Shown: piece by piece, positions 45,078 through 53,801 of the stretch | How the letters are laid out: the number at the start of each line of letters is the position of its first letter | How positions within the stretch are numbered: the stretch's first letter is position 1 | Notes under the pieces: generated by a model | Seen by the model: the letters and a program-made list of their open reading frames with translations, nothing else | Told to the model about the DNA's origin: nothing | Database searches by the model: none | Virus record (IMG/VR): IMGVR_UViG_3300037725_000018 | Span: 159,358 to 223,357 of that record | DNA: 64,000 nucleotides | Reading direction: 5' to 3' (one strand) | Position numbers and translations under genes: made by a program

Positions 45078-45326
45078 TCAAATGTGGTCTTTTATTTCCT
45101 TCCGGGTTCTTCGTCTTGCTCTGCTCCCCGAAGTAGAATCTTGAGTTAGCCAGTTATATATCACTAAAGATACAAAAGACGCAACGTTTTGTTCCCACTT
45201 ATATAACGTGAAAAACTTCTCTTTTTTGGTTTCTCGAAAGAGCAGGTCTTTTTCTTTGAACTCGGGGTTGTCTTCGGCATCCGGCATATATGCCGGGGGG
45301 TCTTGTCTGTTAAGAATAATCAGCAT
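45078..45326 (-). CDS. Family A small protein (dispersed)
   Basis: 82 aa, MLIILNR...RKEIKDHI. Confidence 0.7.
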   Translation of the reverse strand: MLIILNRQDPPAYMPDAEDNPEFKEKDLLFRETKKEKFFTLYKWEQNVASFVSLVIYNWLTQDSTSGSRARRRTRKEIKDHI

Positions 45327-45499
45327 AGCCTGCGTGTTGAAATTTGAAATTCAATAATCATTCTAGTTTTTCCGAAAATTGCGTGTTCTTTTAAACAGAA
45401 GATGTTTGCTTTTGTTCCTTTTAGAATATAAATCTTGTCTCCGTCTCTCAAAAAGTCGTCTTCAATCAATCTTTGATCTGTTCTCTTTACAACAGTCAT
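45320..45499 (-). CDS. Small hypothetical protein coupled to thyA stop
   Basis: 59 aa from MTVVKRTD; ATGA overlap. Confidence 0.5.
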   Translation of the reverse strand: MTVVKRTDQRLIEDDFLRDGDKIYILKGTKANIFCLKEHAIFGKTRMIIEFQISTRRLC

Positions 45500-46410
45500 A
45501 CCGCAATCGGGGCCTTGATCCAACTTCCGCTTTCGTACCCTTTTAGATTAAAATCTTCAAACTCAAAGTCGTCAATCGACGTTTGACCTTCGGAAACTTC
45601 AAGAGAGGGGAGGGAATAGCTTTTTCGGTTCATCATTTCAACGGCAGGCTCGAAGTGATTTTTATACAAATGCGCGTCCCCAATTGTATAGACAAGTTCG
45701 CCGGGAACGTGTCCGGTAAGCCGCGAAACCATGATTGTAAGAAGAGAATAGGAGGAAATGTTAAATGGAAGGCCCAAAAACGTGTCGTTGGACCGAATGT
45801 AAATCTGGCAGTCCAGCGCCCTTTTTGGAACGTCGTATGTTTGAAGAACAGACTCGTTAACGGGTTTGCTGCACGGGCCACCTAAAACCTCTTCTTCAAG
45901 TGCCGTTACCCGCTCTTGAAAAGAAAGCGTTCGGCTGTAGAATTGAAACATGATGTGGCAAGGAAATAGGTTCATGTCTTCGAGCTTCCCTGCGTTCCAA
46001 GCGGAAACGACGTGTCTTCTACTGTCCGGGTTGGAGTTGATATTGTCAATAACGTTTTGAAGCTGGTCAATGCGGTTTCCGTCCTTGTCTTCCCACTTTC
46101 TCCATTGAACGCCGTACAACGGGCCAACATTTCCATCTTCGTCTGCCCACTCGTCCCAAATTCCAACTTCGTTTTCAACAAGGTACTTGATGGATTCTTC
46201 CCCCCGAAGAAACCATATAAGCTCGTGAACTAAGCTTCGAAACTTTGTTTCTTTAACTGTAACAATTGGAAAGTTGTCTGTTGAAACCGGGAACCTCATT
46301 TGGTGGCCGAAAACCGAACGGGTTCCTGTTCCTGTTCGGTCTTCTTTGTCTGTTCCCGTTTGGATAATTTTTTGAATTAGGTCTGTATACTGCTTATCAA
46401 CAATGTTCAT
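45496..46410 (-). CDS. thyA: Thymidylate synthase
   Basis: DRTGTGT, YGVQWR, RRHVVSAWN, FPCH, YIRSNDTFLGLPFNI (Asn, dUMP type), GDAHLY. Confidence 0.95.
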   Translation of the reverse strand: MNIVDKQYTDLIQKIIQTGTDKEDRTGTGTRSVFGHQMRFPVSTDNFPIVTVKETKFRSLVHELIWFLRGEESIKYLVENEVGIWDEWADEDGNVGPLYGVQWRKWEDKDGNRIDQLQNVIDNINSNPDSRRHVVSAWNAGKLEDMNLFPCHIMFQFYSRTLSFQERVTALEEEVLGGPCSKPVNESVLQTYDVPKRALDCQIYIRSNDTFLGLPFNISSYSLLTIMVSRLTGHVPGELVYTIGDAHLYKNHFEPAVEMMNRKSYSLPSLEVSEGQTSIDDFEFEDFNLKGYESGSWIKAPIAV

Positions 46411-46597
46411 GTTTTGATATGTGTTTGATAACTTTGTTTCTTATGTTTAACTTATCTTCGATTTTTGTTTTTCCGTATTTAAACTCCGGAAATGAACGGT
46501 ATTTGTTCTTGTAGTTTACCGGGTATACCTTATCTGAAGTAGAAGCTGGCTCTTTGAAAAGCTCAAATGTAAGCGCACGTTCAAACAAAATAATCAC
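46397..46597 (-). CDS. Family A small protein (GTG start, dispersed)
   Basis: 66 aa, MIILFER...IRNKVIKHISKH. Confidence 0.7.
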   Translation of the reverse strand: MIILFERALTFELFKEPASTSDKVYPVNYKNKYRSFPEFKYGKTKIEDKLNIRNKVIKHISKHEHC

Positions 46598-46598
46598 G

Positions 46599-46751
46599 TC
46601 ACATCTTTTCCTTAACGAATGACTTGATTCTTCGCCTTTTCTTTTCGCTTCGGAAATAGTCAACGGAGTGGATGCAATCGATGGAGAAGCTATTCTTCTC
46701 AATGACGCTCCATATTCGAAGGTTTTCTGAATTTCGAGTTAAAATCACCAA
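46599..46751 (-). CDS. Family A small protein (TTG start, dispersed)
   Basis: 50 aa, MVILTRNSE...RIKSFVKEKM; read by hand. Confidence 0.55.
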   Translation of the reverse strand: MVILTRNSENLRIWSVIEKNSFSIDCIHSVDYFRSEKKRRRIKSFVKEKM

Positions 46752-46768
46752 CGTCTAACGCTTGTTTG

Positions 46769-47350
46769 CTAGAGCCTTTGAATATCAATATCTACCTTAC
46801 CGCTTAGAGTTCTCCCGTGTGCCCCGGCAGAGTGTGGCATGGTCCACCAACGGGCAAGGCTTTTGCTTTGTCTTGGAAAAGAGACGTACCTATTTTCTTT
46901 CATGTACTCGAAGATCGTTTTGTCTTCGGTCACGTCAATTTCAACAAAGAACGGCTCCCCGTTTTCTACAGTCCCAAGCTTCTTCATAAAATCTCTGTTT
47001 TGAAGCTCTTGTCGGCTTGCGGTGGAAGGGCCAAGTCCGTTTCTGTAAACATAAGCATGAACAGAGATTTTGTCTCCGTTTTTAACCGCAACAATCCGGT
47101 CGCTGTCTTCGTGGGTTGGGCTAAAAAGCTGTCCCCAACCACCGTTTTTGACTCTTTGGTAGCTAAACGGCCTCACTTCGCTAAAACCAACGAGTTTGAT
47201 GGATTCCCCGTCTTTTACGTTTTCGCCAAAGTCAACTCGAAGCTTCCAAACTTCCCGGCTTTGGAAGGTAAAGCCCACAAAGCAGTTGTAAACCGCTCGT
47301 TTCCAAAACGGGCGAACCCACGTCTTGTCTTTTGGAATATGAAATTTCAT
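46769..47350 (-). CDS. Hypothetical beta-rich protein
   Basis: 193 aa from MKFHIPK; ATGA overlap with upstream gene. Confidence 0.65.
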   Translation of the reverse strand: MKFHIPKDKTWVRPFWKRAVYNCFVGFTFQSREVWKLRVDFGENVKDGESIKLVGFSEVRPFSYQRVKNGGWGQLFSPTHEDSDRIVAVKNGDKISVHAYVYRNGLGPSTASRQELQNRDFMKKLGTVENGEPFFVEIDVTEDKTIFEYMKENRYVSFPRQSKSLARWWTMPHSAGAHGRTLSGKVDIDIQRL

Positions 47351-47667
47351 GTCAATTCTGCAAAAATTTTGAATGTGTCTGAATCTAACCTTTTGAGTCG
47401 GATTCCACACAGAACAAGCGTGGAACCTGACTGCTCGGCAAACGAATTGATCTGTTTATAAATGCAAAGAGAAATGGACTCCATAACCTTTTGGATACGC
47501 TTCTTGTCCCTTTTATACTTGTACAAAGGGATTGCGTTCCGGTCAACCTCGATTTCAAGGTCTATAAGGTCCCCGGACTTTGAATAGTCAATTGTAAAGG
47601 AAATGTCAAACTGGTCGTAGACCTCTTGCAAATGTTTTTCGATAACTTTCTCTTTTGAAGAGTTCAT
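47347..47667 (-). CDS. Hypothetical protein
   Basis: 106 aa ORF. Confidence 0.7.
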   Translation of the reverse strand: MNSSKEKVIEKHLQEVYDQFDISFTIDYSKSGDLIDLEIEVDRNAIPLYKYKRDKKRIQKVMESISLCIYKQINSFAEQSGSTLVLCGIRLKRLDSDTFKIFAELT

Positions 47668-47676
47668 CGTTTTTTG

Positions 47677-48093
47677 TTAATTCACAAGTGCGGATTTGAT
47701 TTCTTCTCTACGGTCTTCTAAGATTTCAAACCACTCTTCCTTTCGAATTTCGTTAGTTCCAAGGTAATACTCCCAATCTTCTTCATCTACCTGTTGAATA
47801 TACGCCTCGTCTGGAACAACCGTCTTTCTTCGAAGGGCCGGGACCATATCGATTTGGTGGACAAAAGAAATTTCAACGTCTCCGTCTTTTTCCTTCCGGC
47901 TTGTCCAGTTGTCCCCACAAACGATGCACGTAAAAAACGCATTTTCCTCGCTTGTGTCATATACATCTTGATCTCGAATATCCATAAACTCCCCGTTTGC
48001 TGGCCCCTCTTGGATTTGCGGAACTACGGACTTGCAGCCGCAGCATTTGCACTCGATAAACGGGGAATCGTCGGTTTCGTGTGGTTCAAACAT
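47677..48093 (-). CDS. Zinc-ribbon protein
   Basis: CKCCGC and CIVCG motifs. Confidence 0.7.
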   Translation of the reverse strand: MFEPHETDDSPFIECKCCGCKSVVPQIQEGPANGEFMDIRDQDVYDTSEENAFFTCIVCGDNWTSRKEKDGDVEISFVHQIDMVPALRRKTVVPDEAYIQQVDEEDWEYYLGTNEIRKEEWFEILEDRREEIKSALVN

Positions 48094-48104
48094 ATAAGTT
48101 TTTA

Positions 48105-48830
48105 TTAGTTTAAGGCTTTATGAATTTCTTTACGAATGAATGTTCGAAGCGATTCGTTTTTTTCGTCTTCGTCCGGGTCACTTGACGTGTATGTTGGTTC
48201 GTCGGAATCCCCGTCTTCGGAGCTTTGATCCGCGTCGTCGGATTTTACAGATTGACGTTTCTTTCTAACAAGCTCTTCTTTTTCTTCGTCAGAAAGTTTT
48301 TCTGCCTTTGATTTTGGAACGCATTTTGGGTACTCGTGTTCCGGATTGTCTTCTCTATCTTCGTCGTCGCTTGACGCTCCACACGGCGGGTGCTCTCCGT
48401 CAACGGTTCTTGAAATATCTACCCAATTTTCCTCATCGAACCAGTTATCCAAATCTTCATCTTCGTTTAACATTCGAGAAACAGACTTGAACGTGTCAAC
48501 GTCTTCTCGAATTTGATTTCGAATGAAAGTGCGAATAACGGACTCGGATTTTCTTTGGTCGCTTGGATCTGAACTTACCATGTCTGGATCTTGCTTGTTG
48601 TCGTTGTTTTTACGTCTTTTCCGGCGAACCAAACGCTCTTTTTCTTTTTTTGTCATTTGATCCGCTTTCTTTTTCGGAACGCATTTTGGATAACCTTTCT
48701 TTTCTGTGTTCTCTCCACATTCAGGGTGAGAACCGTCGTCGTTTGTCCGGGATATATCAACCCACGTTCCACCCCCTTTGCTAGAGTCAAACCACGTGTC
48801 AAGACCGTCTTTTTCGCCTAAGATTCCCAT
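48105..48830 (-). CDS. Protein with two tandem WF..W.DISR...HP.CG...YPKCVP domains (DUF5872-associated type)
   Basis: Domain repeated twice, each copy followed by an amphipathic (I/L)RTFIR helix. Confidence 0.75.
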   Translation of the reverse strand: MGILGEKDGLDTWFDSSKGGGTWVDISRTNDDGSHPECGENTEKKGYPKCVPKKKADQMTKKEKERLVRRKRRKNNDNKQDPDMVSSDPSDQRKSESVIRTFIRNQIREDVDTFKSVSRMLNEDEDLDNWFDEENWVDISRTVDGEHPPCGASSDDEDREDNPEHEYPKCVPKSKAEKLSDEEKEELVRKKRQSVKSDDADQSSEDGDSDEPTYTSSDPDEDEKNESLRTFIRKEIHKALN

Positions 48831-48835
48831 AACTG

Positions 48836-49624
48836 CTACTTGCCGATTTGCCTTTTGATTTCTTCACGGACCACCTTCCGAAGCATTTGTTCTTCAACGG
48901 TTTCCCACTCGCCCCCAAGTTCTTCGTACCTTTGAACAGCCCAACCATTAGCGTAAGCGGAATTTCCGGTAATTGTTACTGTTGACCCTTGACGCATAAC
49001 CCACGTTCCGTGTTCAGTCTGTGGGCACCAAACATCTTCTCTTCCGTCGTCTTCAATGTGCATGTTTTGTAAACCTCGGTGGCGGCGCTCTACGTCAAAA
49101 CTTGATAATTCTTCAAGGGCTTCTCCTTCAACACTTTCCGAAAGCTTCGCAGATGTTAAAAGGTTGTAGCTCGTTGGAAGCTCAGACGTTTCAATGAGCC
49201 TTCGGTCTTCAAACTTGTTTTTTCGAAAGGCAACCCACTTGTGCCCCGGAGTGCAGCGAACATCAAAACTTACCCTGTCTTTTGACATGCGCTTTATCGG
49301 AGCATCTTCGAATCTATGTTTATCTTCAACTTTGCTCCATGAAAGCACATTTTCATCTATATCATAAGCCAAAATTTCATCGCCAATTTCAATTCGGTCA
49401 TGGGCTTTCCAACCTTCGCGAGTCAAGGCTTGACTGTCAAGGGGGACGCAAGGGTAAACGTCAAATCCATCCCCGTCGTTTGGGGCCTCGACGGTTACTT
49501 CCTCCCCGTCCACAGTTCGGGACACGGAGTTTTTTTCGCCCTTGGTTACGGCAAGCACGTCTTGCCAGAGGTCTTCATCTTTTGGCCTGTTATCTGTATC
49601 TTCTGTTAAACGTCTTCTTTTCAT
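48836..49624 (-). CDS. DUF5872-like protein interrupted by a mini-intein
   Basis: Exteins join to FDVYP|SAYANGWAVQRYEELGGEW. Confidence 0.8.
   Translation of the reverse strand: MKRRRLTEDTDNRPKDEDLWQDVLAVTKGEKNSVSRTVDGEEVTVEAPNDGDGFDVYPCVPLDSQALTREGWKAHDRIEIGDEILAYDIDENVLSWSKVEDKHRFEDAPIKRMSKDRVSFDVRCTPGHKWVAFRKNKFEDRRLIETSELPTSYNLLTSAKLSESVEGEALEELSSFDVERRHRGLQNMHIEDDGREDVWCPQTEHGTWVMRQGSTVTITGNSAYANGWAVQRYEELGGEWETVEEQMLRKVVREEIKRQIGK
48962..49450 (-). mobile_element. Mini-intein (Hint domain, no homing endonuclease), 163 aa
   Basis: Starts CVPLDSQALTREGW; block B CTPGHKW; block F DVWCPQT.HGTWV; ends ITGN before Ser +1. Confidence 0.88.
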
Positions 49625-49672
49625 CTGTTTTTGTTACTAATTTATACGACATTCATGCATAACATATATATC

Positions 49673-50266
49673 TTAGTTTTGCCTGACATTCGAGTTTTCA
49701 AGCATTTTTGAAAAGTCGTCAAAACTTACCCGCTCTGCTTGGTCGTTCATGATTTTAACCTTGTCTTTGTACTCTTCTTCATGCTTTTCGATAATCGTGT
49801 GAAGGATCTGCATCCCCTGTTTCATGTACACCGTTCCGAACGCTTCCTCGCAAAGCTCGTATCGGTTTTGAAACAGGTCTTGACTTTCTTCAACAATTTC
49901 ACCCTCAAGTTCGATGTAATACGTCATTTTGTTTGATTTGGCTTTGTTTTGATAAAAGTCTCTATTTGGGTTTTTTGTTTTCATACTGTCGTATTCTTCC
50001 ATGATCCGGTCCCCCTCTTTCGGTTCAAGCATAACAATCATCTGCCCGTCCTCTTCCGGAGAAGGCCGGACTTCAACGTTGTATTTGTCTTTTACTCGTT
50101 TGATTGGTTTTCTTCGCTCTGAGTTCACAAACCGCTCGCTAGAGAACAGAGTTTTAAACACAGAAGAGGTCTTGACATTTTCATACAAATGAGCGATTTT
50201 ATCTTTCGCCCAAAAAAGGAAAGAGAAAGGAAACGCTTCTTTAAGCTTTTGTTTCGGGGTTTTCAT
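49673..50266 (-). CDS. Hypothetical protein
   Basis: 197 aa ORF. Confidence 0.7.
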   Translation of the reverse strand: MKTPKQKLKEAFPFSFLFWAKDKIAHLYENVKTSSVFKTLFSSERFVNSERRKPIKRVKDKYNVEVRPSPEEDGQMIVMLEPKEGDRIMEEYDSMKTKNPNRDFYQNKAKSNKMTYYIELEGEIVEESQDLFQNRYELCEEAFGTVYMKQGMQILHTIIEKHEEEYKDKVKIMNDQAERVSFDDFSKMLENSNVRQN

Positions 50267-50267
50267 G

Positions 50268-50603
50268 CTACTGCCGTGTGTAGTTTATAAATTCATCAAA
50301 TCTTTCGGCGTTAAACGCCTTGTCGTCAACAAATACGTCAAAAGCGGGTTTGCCCATTTTTAACTCGTCGTATTTACACCCCCACCTTTGAAGTTGGCGT
50401 TCTGTAAGGGGCCTCCAGTTTTTCCCGGTCTTTGTTCCTCTTGCGGTCCAATAAACAACGGTATGACCGTCTTCGTAGATTTGGTTGATCTTTTTGATGT
50501 TTTCCTCGATTGGAACCGCGCTTTCGTATGAATAGTCTTCAGGGCCTTCTGTTTGGCCTCTACCTTCACAAATTACGTTATCAATGTCTACATATACGTC
50601 CAT
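50268..50603 (-). CDS. HAD-family (capsule-biosynthesis-type) phosphatase
   Basis: VDIDNVIC, YWTARG, MGKPAFDVFVDDKA motifs. Confidence 0.85.
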   Translation of the reverse strand: MDVYVDIDNVICEGRGQTEGPEDYSYESAVPIEENIKKINQIYEDGHTVVYWTARGTKTGKNWRPLTERQLQRWGCKYDELKMGKPAFDVFVDDKAFNAERFDEFINYTRQ

Positions 50604-50605
50604 AT

Positions 50606-51256
50606 CTAAAATCCGTTTAAACGCTTTCTCATGCTTTCTACAGAACCATCATGTCCGAACATCGTTTTTAGCTTCTGCACATACATACGAATATGTTCGT
50701 CCGTTTGTTCCGAGCACCACCAATCGATGTGCTGGTTTAAATCCAGTGTACGCAACCTTTCGATAAGCTTTTTTGCCCCGGACGGGCGAATCACGTAAGC
50801 CACGAAACCTACGTTTGGCTTCTTTGAATAACTTGATGGACTAGAGTACGCAGGCTTTATTTTCTTAGGGTCGTCTTCAAGCAAATCGTGGTTTGGATTC
50901 GGTCTTCGGGCAAACAGGTTGTAAAAATCCCCGTCTGGAAGCCGGGTTAAAATGCTTTCAATCTTGTCTTCAAGCCCTTTAACAAGCGGAACCGCATCGT
51001 CTTCTAAGACCAAAACTGGTACTTCCATACTTTGAACATGCATCCAAAGAGAAAGGTGGGCAATCGCCGCCCCTGCTCTACCTTTCTTTGAATCTTCATA
51101 ATTGGGATTTTTGACTTTCGACAGCGCCGTTTGCACCCGAACGTCTTCGGGGTTTTCAACCACGTCTACGGGTTCCCACTGCAAAAGATCAAACGGAAAC
51201 TTTTTTTGTTGAAGCCTGAAATCTTTATCACTCGCAATACAAAATGTTTTGAACAT
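50606..51256 (-). CDS. Glycosyltransferase family 25-like
   Basis: GAAIAHLSLW...VLVLEDDA...AYVIRPSGAKKLI...HIDW. Confidence 0.82.
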   Translation of the reverse strand: MFKTFCIASDKDFRLQQKKFPFDLLQWEPVDVVENPEDVRVQTALSKVKNPNYEDSKKGRAGAAIAHLSLWMHVQSMEVPVLVLEDDAVPLVKGLEDKIESILTRLPDGDFYNLFARRPNPNHDLLEDDPKKIKPAYSSPSSYSKKPNVGFVAYVIRPSGAKKLIERLRTLDLNQHIDWWCSEQTDEHIRMYVQKLKTMFGHDGSVESMRKRLNGF

Positions 51257-51259
51257 TCT

Positions 51260-51496
51260 TTAATACTGGTTTTTATGATGCTCGTTGACGGTGGGGTCTT
51301 CAAAACCAAGAGATTTCAAAGCTTTCTTCATTCGATCCGGGTCATTCAAGTCTTCGGTTCGAATCTAATCGGCATAGCCGAGCTTTTCAACACGCTCGTA
51401 ATACATGTCCCAATACCTACTAATCGCTTCAAGTTTTGAAAGATCCGTTGAAAAGTTCGGAAAGCATCGGGTGTGAAGTGATAACCGATTAGTCAT
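51260..51496 (-). pseudogene. Gene remnant with in-frame TAG, possibly a sulfotransferase-like C-terminal fragment
   Basis: MTNRL..CFPNF..EAISRYWDMYYERVEKLGYAD*IRTEDLND..LKSLGF; TAG at 51365-51367. Confidence 0.5.
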
Positions 51497-52276
51497 TTAT
51501 TGAAACATGTCCAATGGAATATTAAAGTAGTTGTCCACAACTTGACCGTCTCCGGGAGAGGGCTTCCAATTTTTGATGTTTCGGACCTTTCCAACAAGAT
51601 TCGAGCGGTCTAGTCTTCTTCTTGACGTGTTTTTATACTTCCAGAGAAGGTTTTCTCGAACGTTCTTCATGTGATGCATATGAACATCTTCAGGATGAAA
51701 AAGATGTCCTACGTTGTCTTCGGTATTTTTAATTTTTCTAGTAGGGTCCACCTTACAAAAGAAATCGTTTGCTATTTTGGTATTTTGATTAATTTCGCAA
51801 ATGAATGGAACATGAAAACGCCCACCTTCAGAGTACCCTTCCTTTTGATAAATGGGAAGATTCCAGTAGTTTTTGATTTTACAGGCGGTAAGAGGCAGCG
51901 TCCGGTTTTTTACTTGCCTCTTTGCCCATTCAAACTCGCGGGTCCTGTAAAATTCGTCTACATCCATAGACACAAAATGCGTACAGCCGTTTTCTAGGCA
52001 GTCTTCAATTCCGGCCATTCGTTTCTTTTTTTCATGACCCTTGGCTATGTCCACAGTTCCGGTGTCTTTTGGGTTCATCTTAATCAACTTATCAACAAAC
52101 CCCTCTTTTCTTAGAGTTTTCAACCGTTTTTTATCTACTTCTCGGATGCCTTGCCCATAGTAAGATTCGGTTTGATATACAACGTTAATATAATCTACGT
52201 GGTTTTGGACAGAAAGAATCGAATACTTTAAAAGCTCAATTCCATCAAATGCAGAATAAGAAAGTGCAAGTTTCAT
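51497..52276 (-). CDS. GT-A fold glycosyltransferase
   Basis: SILSVQNHVDYINVVY; HFVSMDVDEFY DxD motif. Confidence 0.75.
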   Translation of the reverse strand: MKLALSYSAFDGIELLKYSILSVQNHVDYINVVYQTESYYGQGIREVDKKRLKTLRKEGFVDKLIKMNPKDTGTVDIAKGHEKKKRMAGIEDCLENGCTHFVSMDVDEFYRTREFEWAKRQVKNRTLPLTACKIKNYWNLPIYQKEGYSEGGRFHVPFICEINQNTKIANDFFCKVDPTRKIKNTEDNVGHLFHPEDVHMHHMKNVRENLLWKYKNTSRRRLDRSNLVGKVRNIKNWKPSPGDGQVVDNYFNIPLDMFQ

Positions 52277-52277
52277 G

Positions 52278-52901
52278 TCACAAGTGGTTTATCGTTCCTT
52301 CATCAATCCAATGCTGAATAACTTTTGCTTCGTTTTCTAGGTCATGAATCCGGTCCAATGTATTTTCGGAGGCGCTATCGTCGTAGTAGTGAACACCCGT
52401 GTCTCCAGTTTCGGTCAAGCTATCAAATCCGGTGACGTACACGTTTTGATATCTGTCGTCCATTATGCAGTGAGACACAATGATAAGACCAGATGAAAAA
52501 TCTTTTCGTTTATGCATCCCCAGATTGTTTTTTCGGTTGCACCGATAAACGTGTTTTTTTACTCTATTGTAATTGATCGTTTCAAACTGATCTCCCATTT
52601 TTCTTTTAAGCATGTGAAGACCCCTACGAAGACTGGATTTGTGAGTCCACGTCATTAAAAAGTAAACACTTCCAAACTTCTCTTTAAAGTAGTTTTGGTC
52701 GAACTTCTTTTTCATGTCTCGAAGGGTATATATATTCGTGTTAAAAGATATCGAATCTACCTTCGAGCCAACACGGTCTTCATTTTCAAAAATTCCTTTT
52801 TCAAACCCCTTAAATCGAATGACGTGATTGAAGCTGTCAATCACGTCTCCATTTTTATCATCTAATAAGGTGTCTCCGGATGCGGCAATCAAAGTCTTCA
52901 T
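52278..52901 (-). CDS. GT29-like sialyltransferase (divergent)
   Basis: Sialylmotif L-like IDSFNHVIRF...VGSK; S-like SSGL...VYVTGFD; HYY; HDLENE. Confidence 0.72.
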   Translation of the reverse strand: MKTLIAASGDTLLDDKNGDVIDSFNHVIRFKGFEKGIFENEDRVGSKVDSISFNTNIYTLRDMKKKFDQNYFKEKFGSVYFLMTWTHKSSLRRGLHMLKRKMGDQFETINYNRVKKHVYRCNRKNNLGMHKRKDFSSGLIIVSHCIMDDRYQNVYVTGFDSLTETGDTGVHYYDDSASENTLDRIHDLENEAKVIQHWIDEGTINHL

Positions 52902-52929
52902 AATCGTTTCGTCTTTGGTTTGTGCTTAA

Positions 52930-53433
52930 TCAAACCTCCTCAATTATATCTTTCCAAGCAACCTTTCCAAAAACTCTAGCAAGCCTGTACGCGGTCCACC
53001 GAAGATATTCTGAATCTTTCGGGTCTGAAACCAATACAAGGTCTGCCTGTTTTTGAGTCAAACGCCCACCCTTAATTTGCTTCCAGCTAGTTGTTTCTGC
53101 AAATCCAACAGACGGGTTCACAGAGGGTTCTTTAACTTGATAGGTAACTTCCCCTTTGTTTTTATAAATCCAGTCGTGAGCCACCACAGAACCTTCTAAA
53201 GCGTAATAGTCAAAAAGAAGTACCTTCAAAGGTTGAACGGGCCTTGGGATGCTCATTTCATATTCATAACCTTCCGGAACCGTAAGTTTTGCCTTCTGCC
53301 CATTTAAGAGGGGAAAAACGTGTGTATAGTCTTCACATAAGGTTCGTTTTTTCTTTCCGTTTGACGGGTGGCTTTTCGGGCTGTCAACTTGCCCACATTC
53401 CCAATCTGAAATCAATCTTTCTTCGATTCTCAT
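52930..53433 (-). CDS. DUF1353-like protein
   Basis: TVPEGY...SIPR...AHDWIY...QKQADL...Y...RVFG pattern. Confidence 0.7.
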   Translation of the reverse strand: MRIEERLISDWECGQVDSPKSHPSNGKKKRTLCEDYTHVFPLLNGQKAKLTVPEGYEYEMSIPRPVQPLKVLLFDYYALEGSVVAHDWIYKNKGEVTYQVKEPSVNPSVGFAETTSWKQIKGGRLTQKQADLVLVSDPKDSEYLRWTAYRLARVFGKVAWKDIIEEV

Positions 53434-53801
53434 ACTTCTTTTTTGCTAATTCGATCTTGTATAATGATTTCTCCTTCAACCGGAAAACGAGAGTTTTCTT
53501 CGGAAGGAACGTCTACTCTAAGGTCGTAAACCGATTTTCCCGGTGATATAACTTGTACGTCTTCCGGAGCAAGGTTGAACTTGACTTCTGAAGAATCTTC
53601 ATCTAAAGAAAGTCTGCCGTTTTCTATGCTACATTCAAGGAGGCTAGTTTCATCGGATCTTCTTCTTTTTATCCGGACAAAAAAGTTCCACTCGGACACG
53701 TCTTTTGGGGTTCCGTCGCTTTTAAGAAAACGGTCAATTTCTAAGTAAAGACCGTTTCCTTCGCTTACGTGATAGTTTTTCTCTTTAGGCTGTGAGTTCA
53801 T
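53430..53801 (-). CDS. BppU-N/Ig-like phage structural domain protein
   Basis: DGTPKDVSEW.F...IK...V.F.L.PED......VYDL...VEG.III pattern. Confidence 0.6.
   Translation of the reverse strand: MNSQPKEKNYHVSEGNGLYLEIDRFLKSDGTPKDVSEWNFFVRIKRRRSDETSLLECSIENGRLSLDEDSSEVKFNLAPEDVQVISPGKSVYDLRVDVPSEENSRFPVEGEIIIQDRISKKEV

Noticed and set aside
45496-46410. ThyA as a dCMP/dUMP hydroxymethylase for modified DNA
   Set aside because: It keeps the LGLPFNI Asn and other canonical thymidylate synthase motifs, and a DHFR is present, consistent with normal dTMP synthesis.
3484-51496. Stop-codon reassignment (TAG/TAA read-through)
   Set aside because: The two interrupted frames use different stops (TAA, TAG); multi-kb genes are intact under code 11, and several genes end cleanly in TAG (e.g. 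1332, 40001, 50268, 57641).
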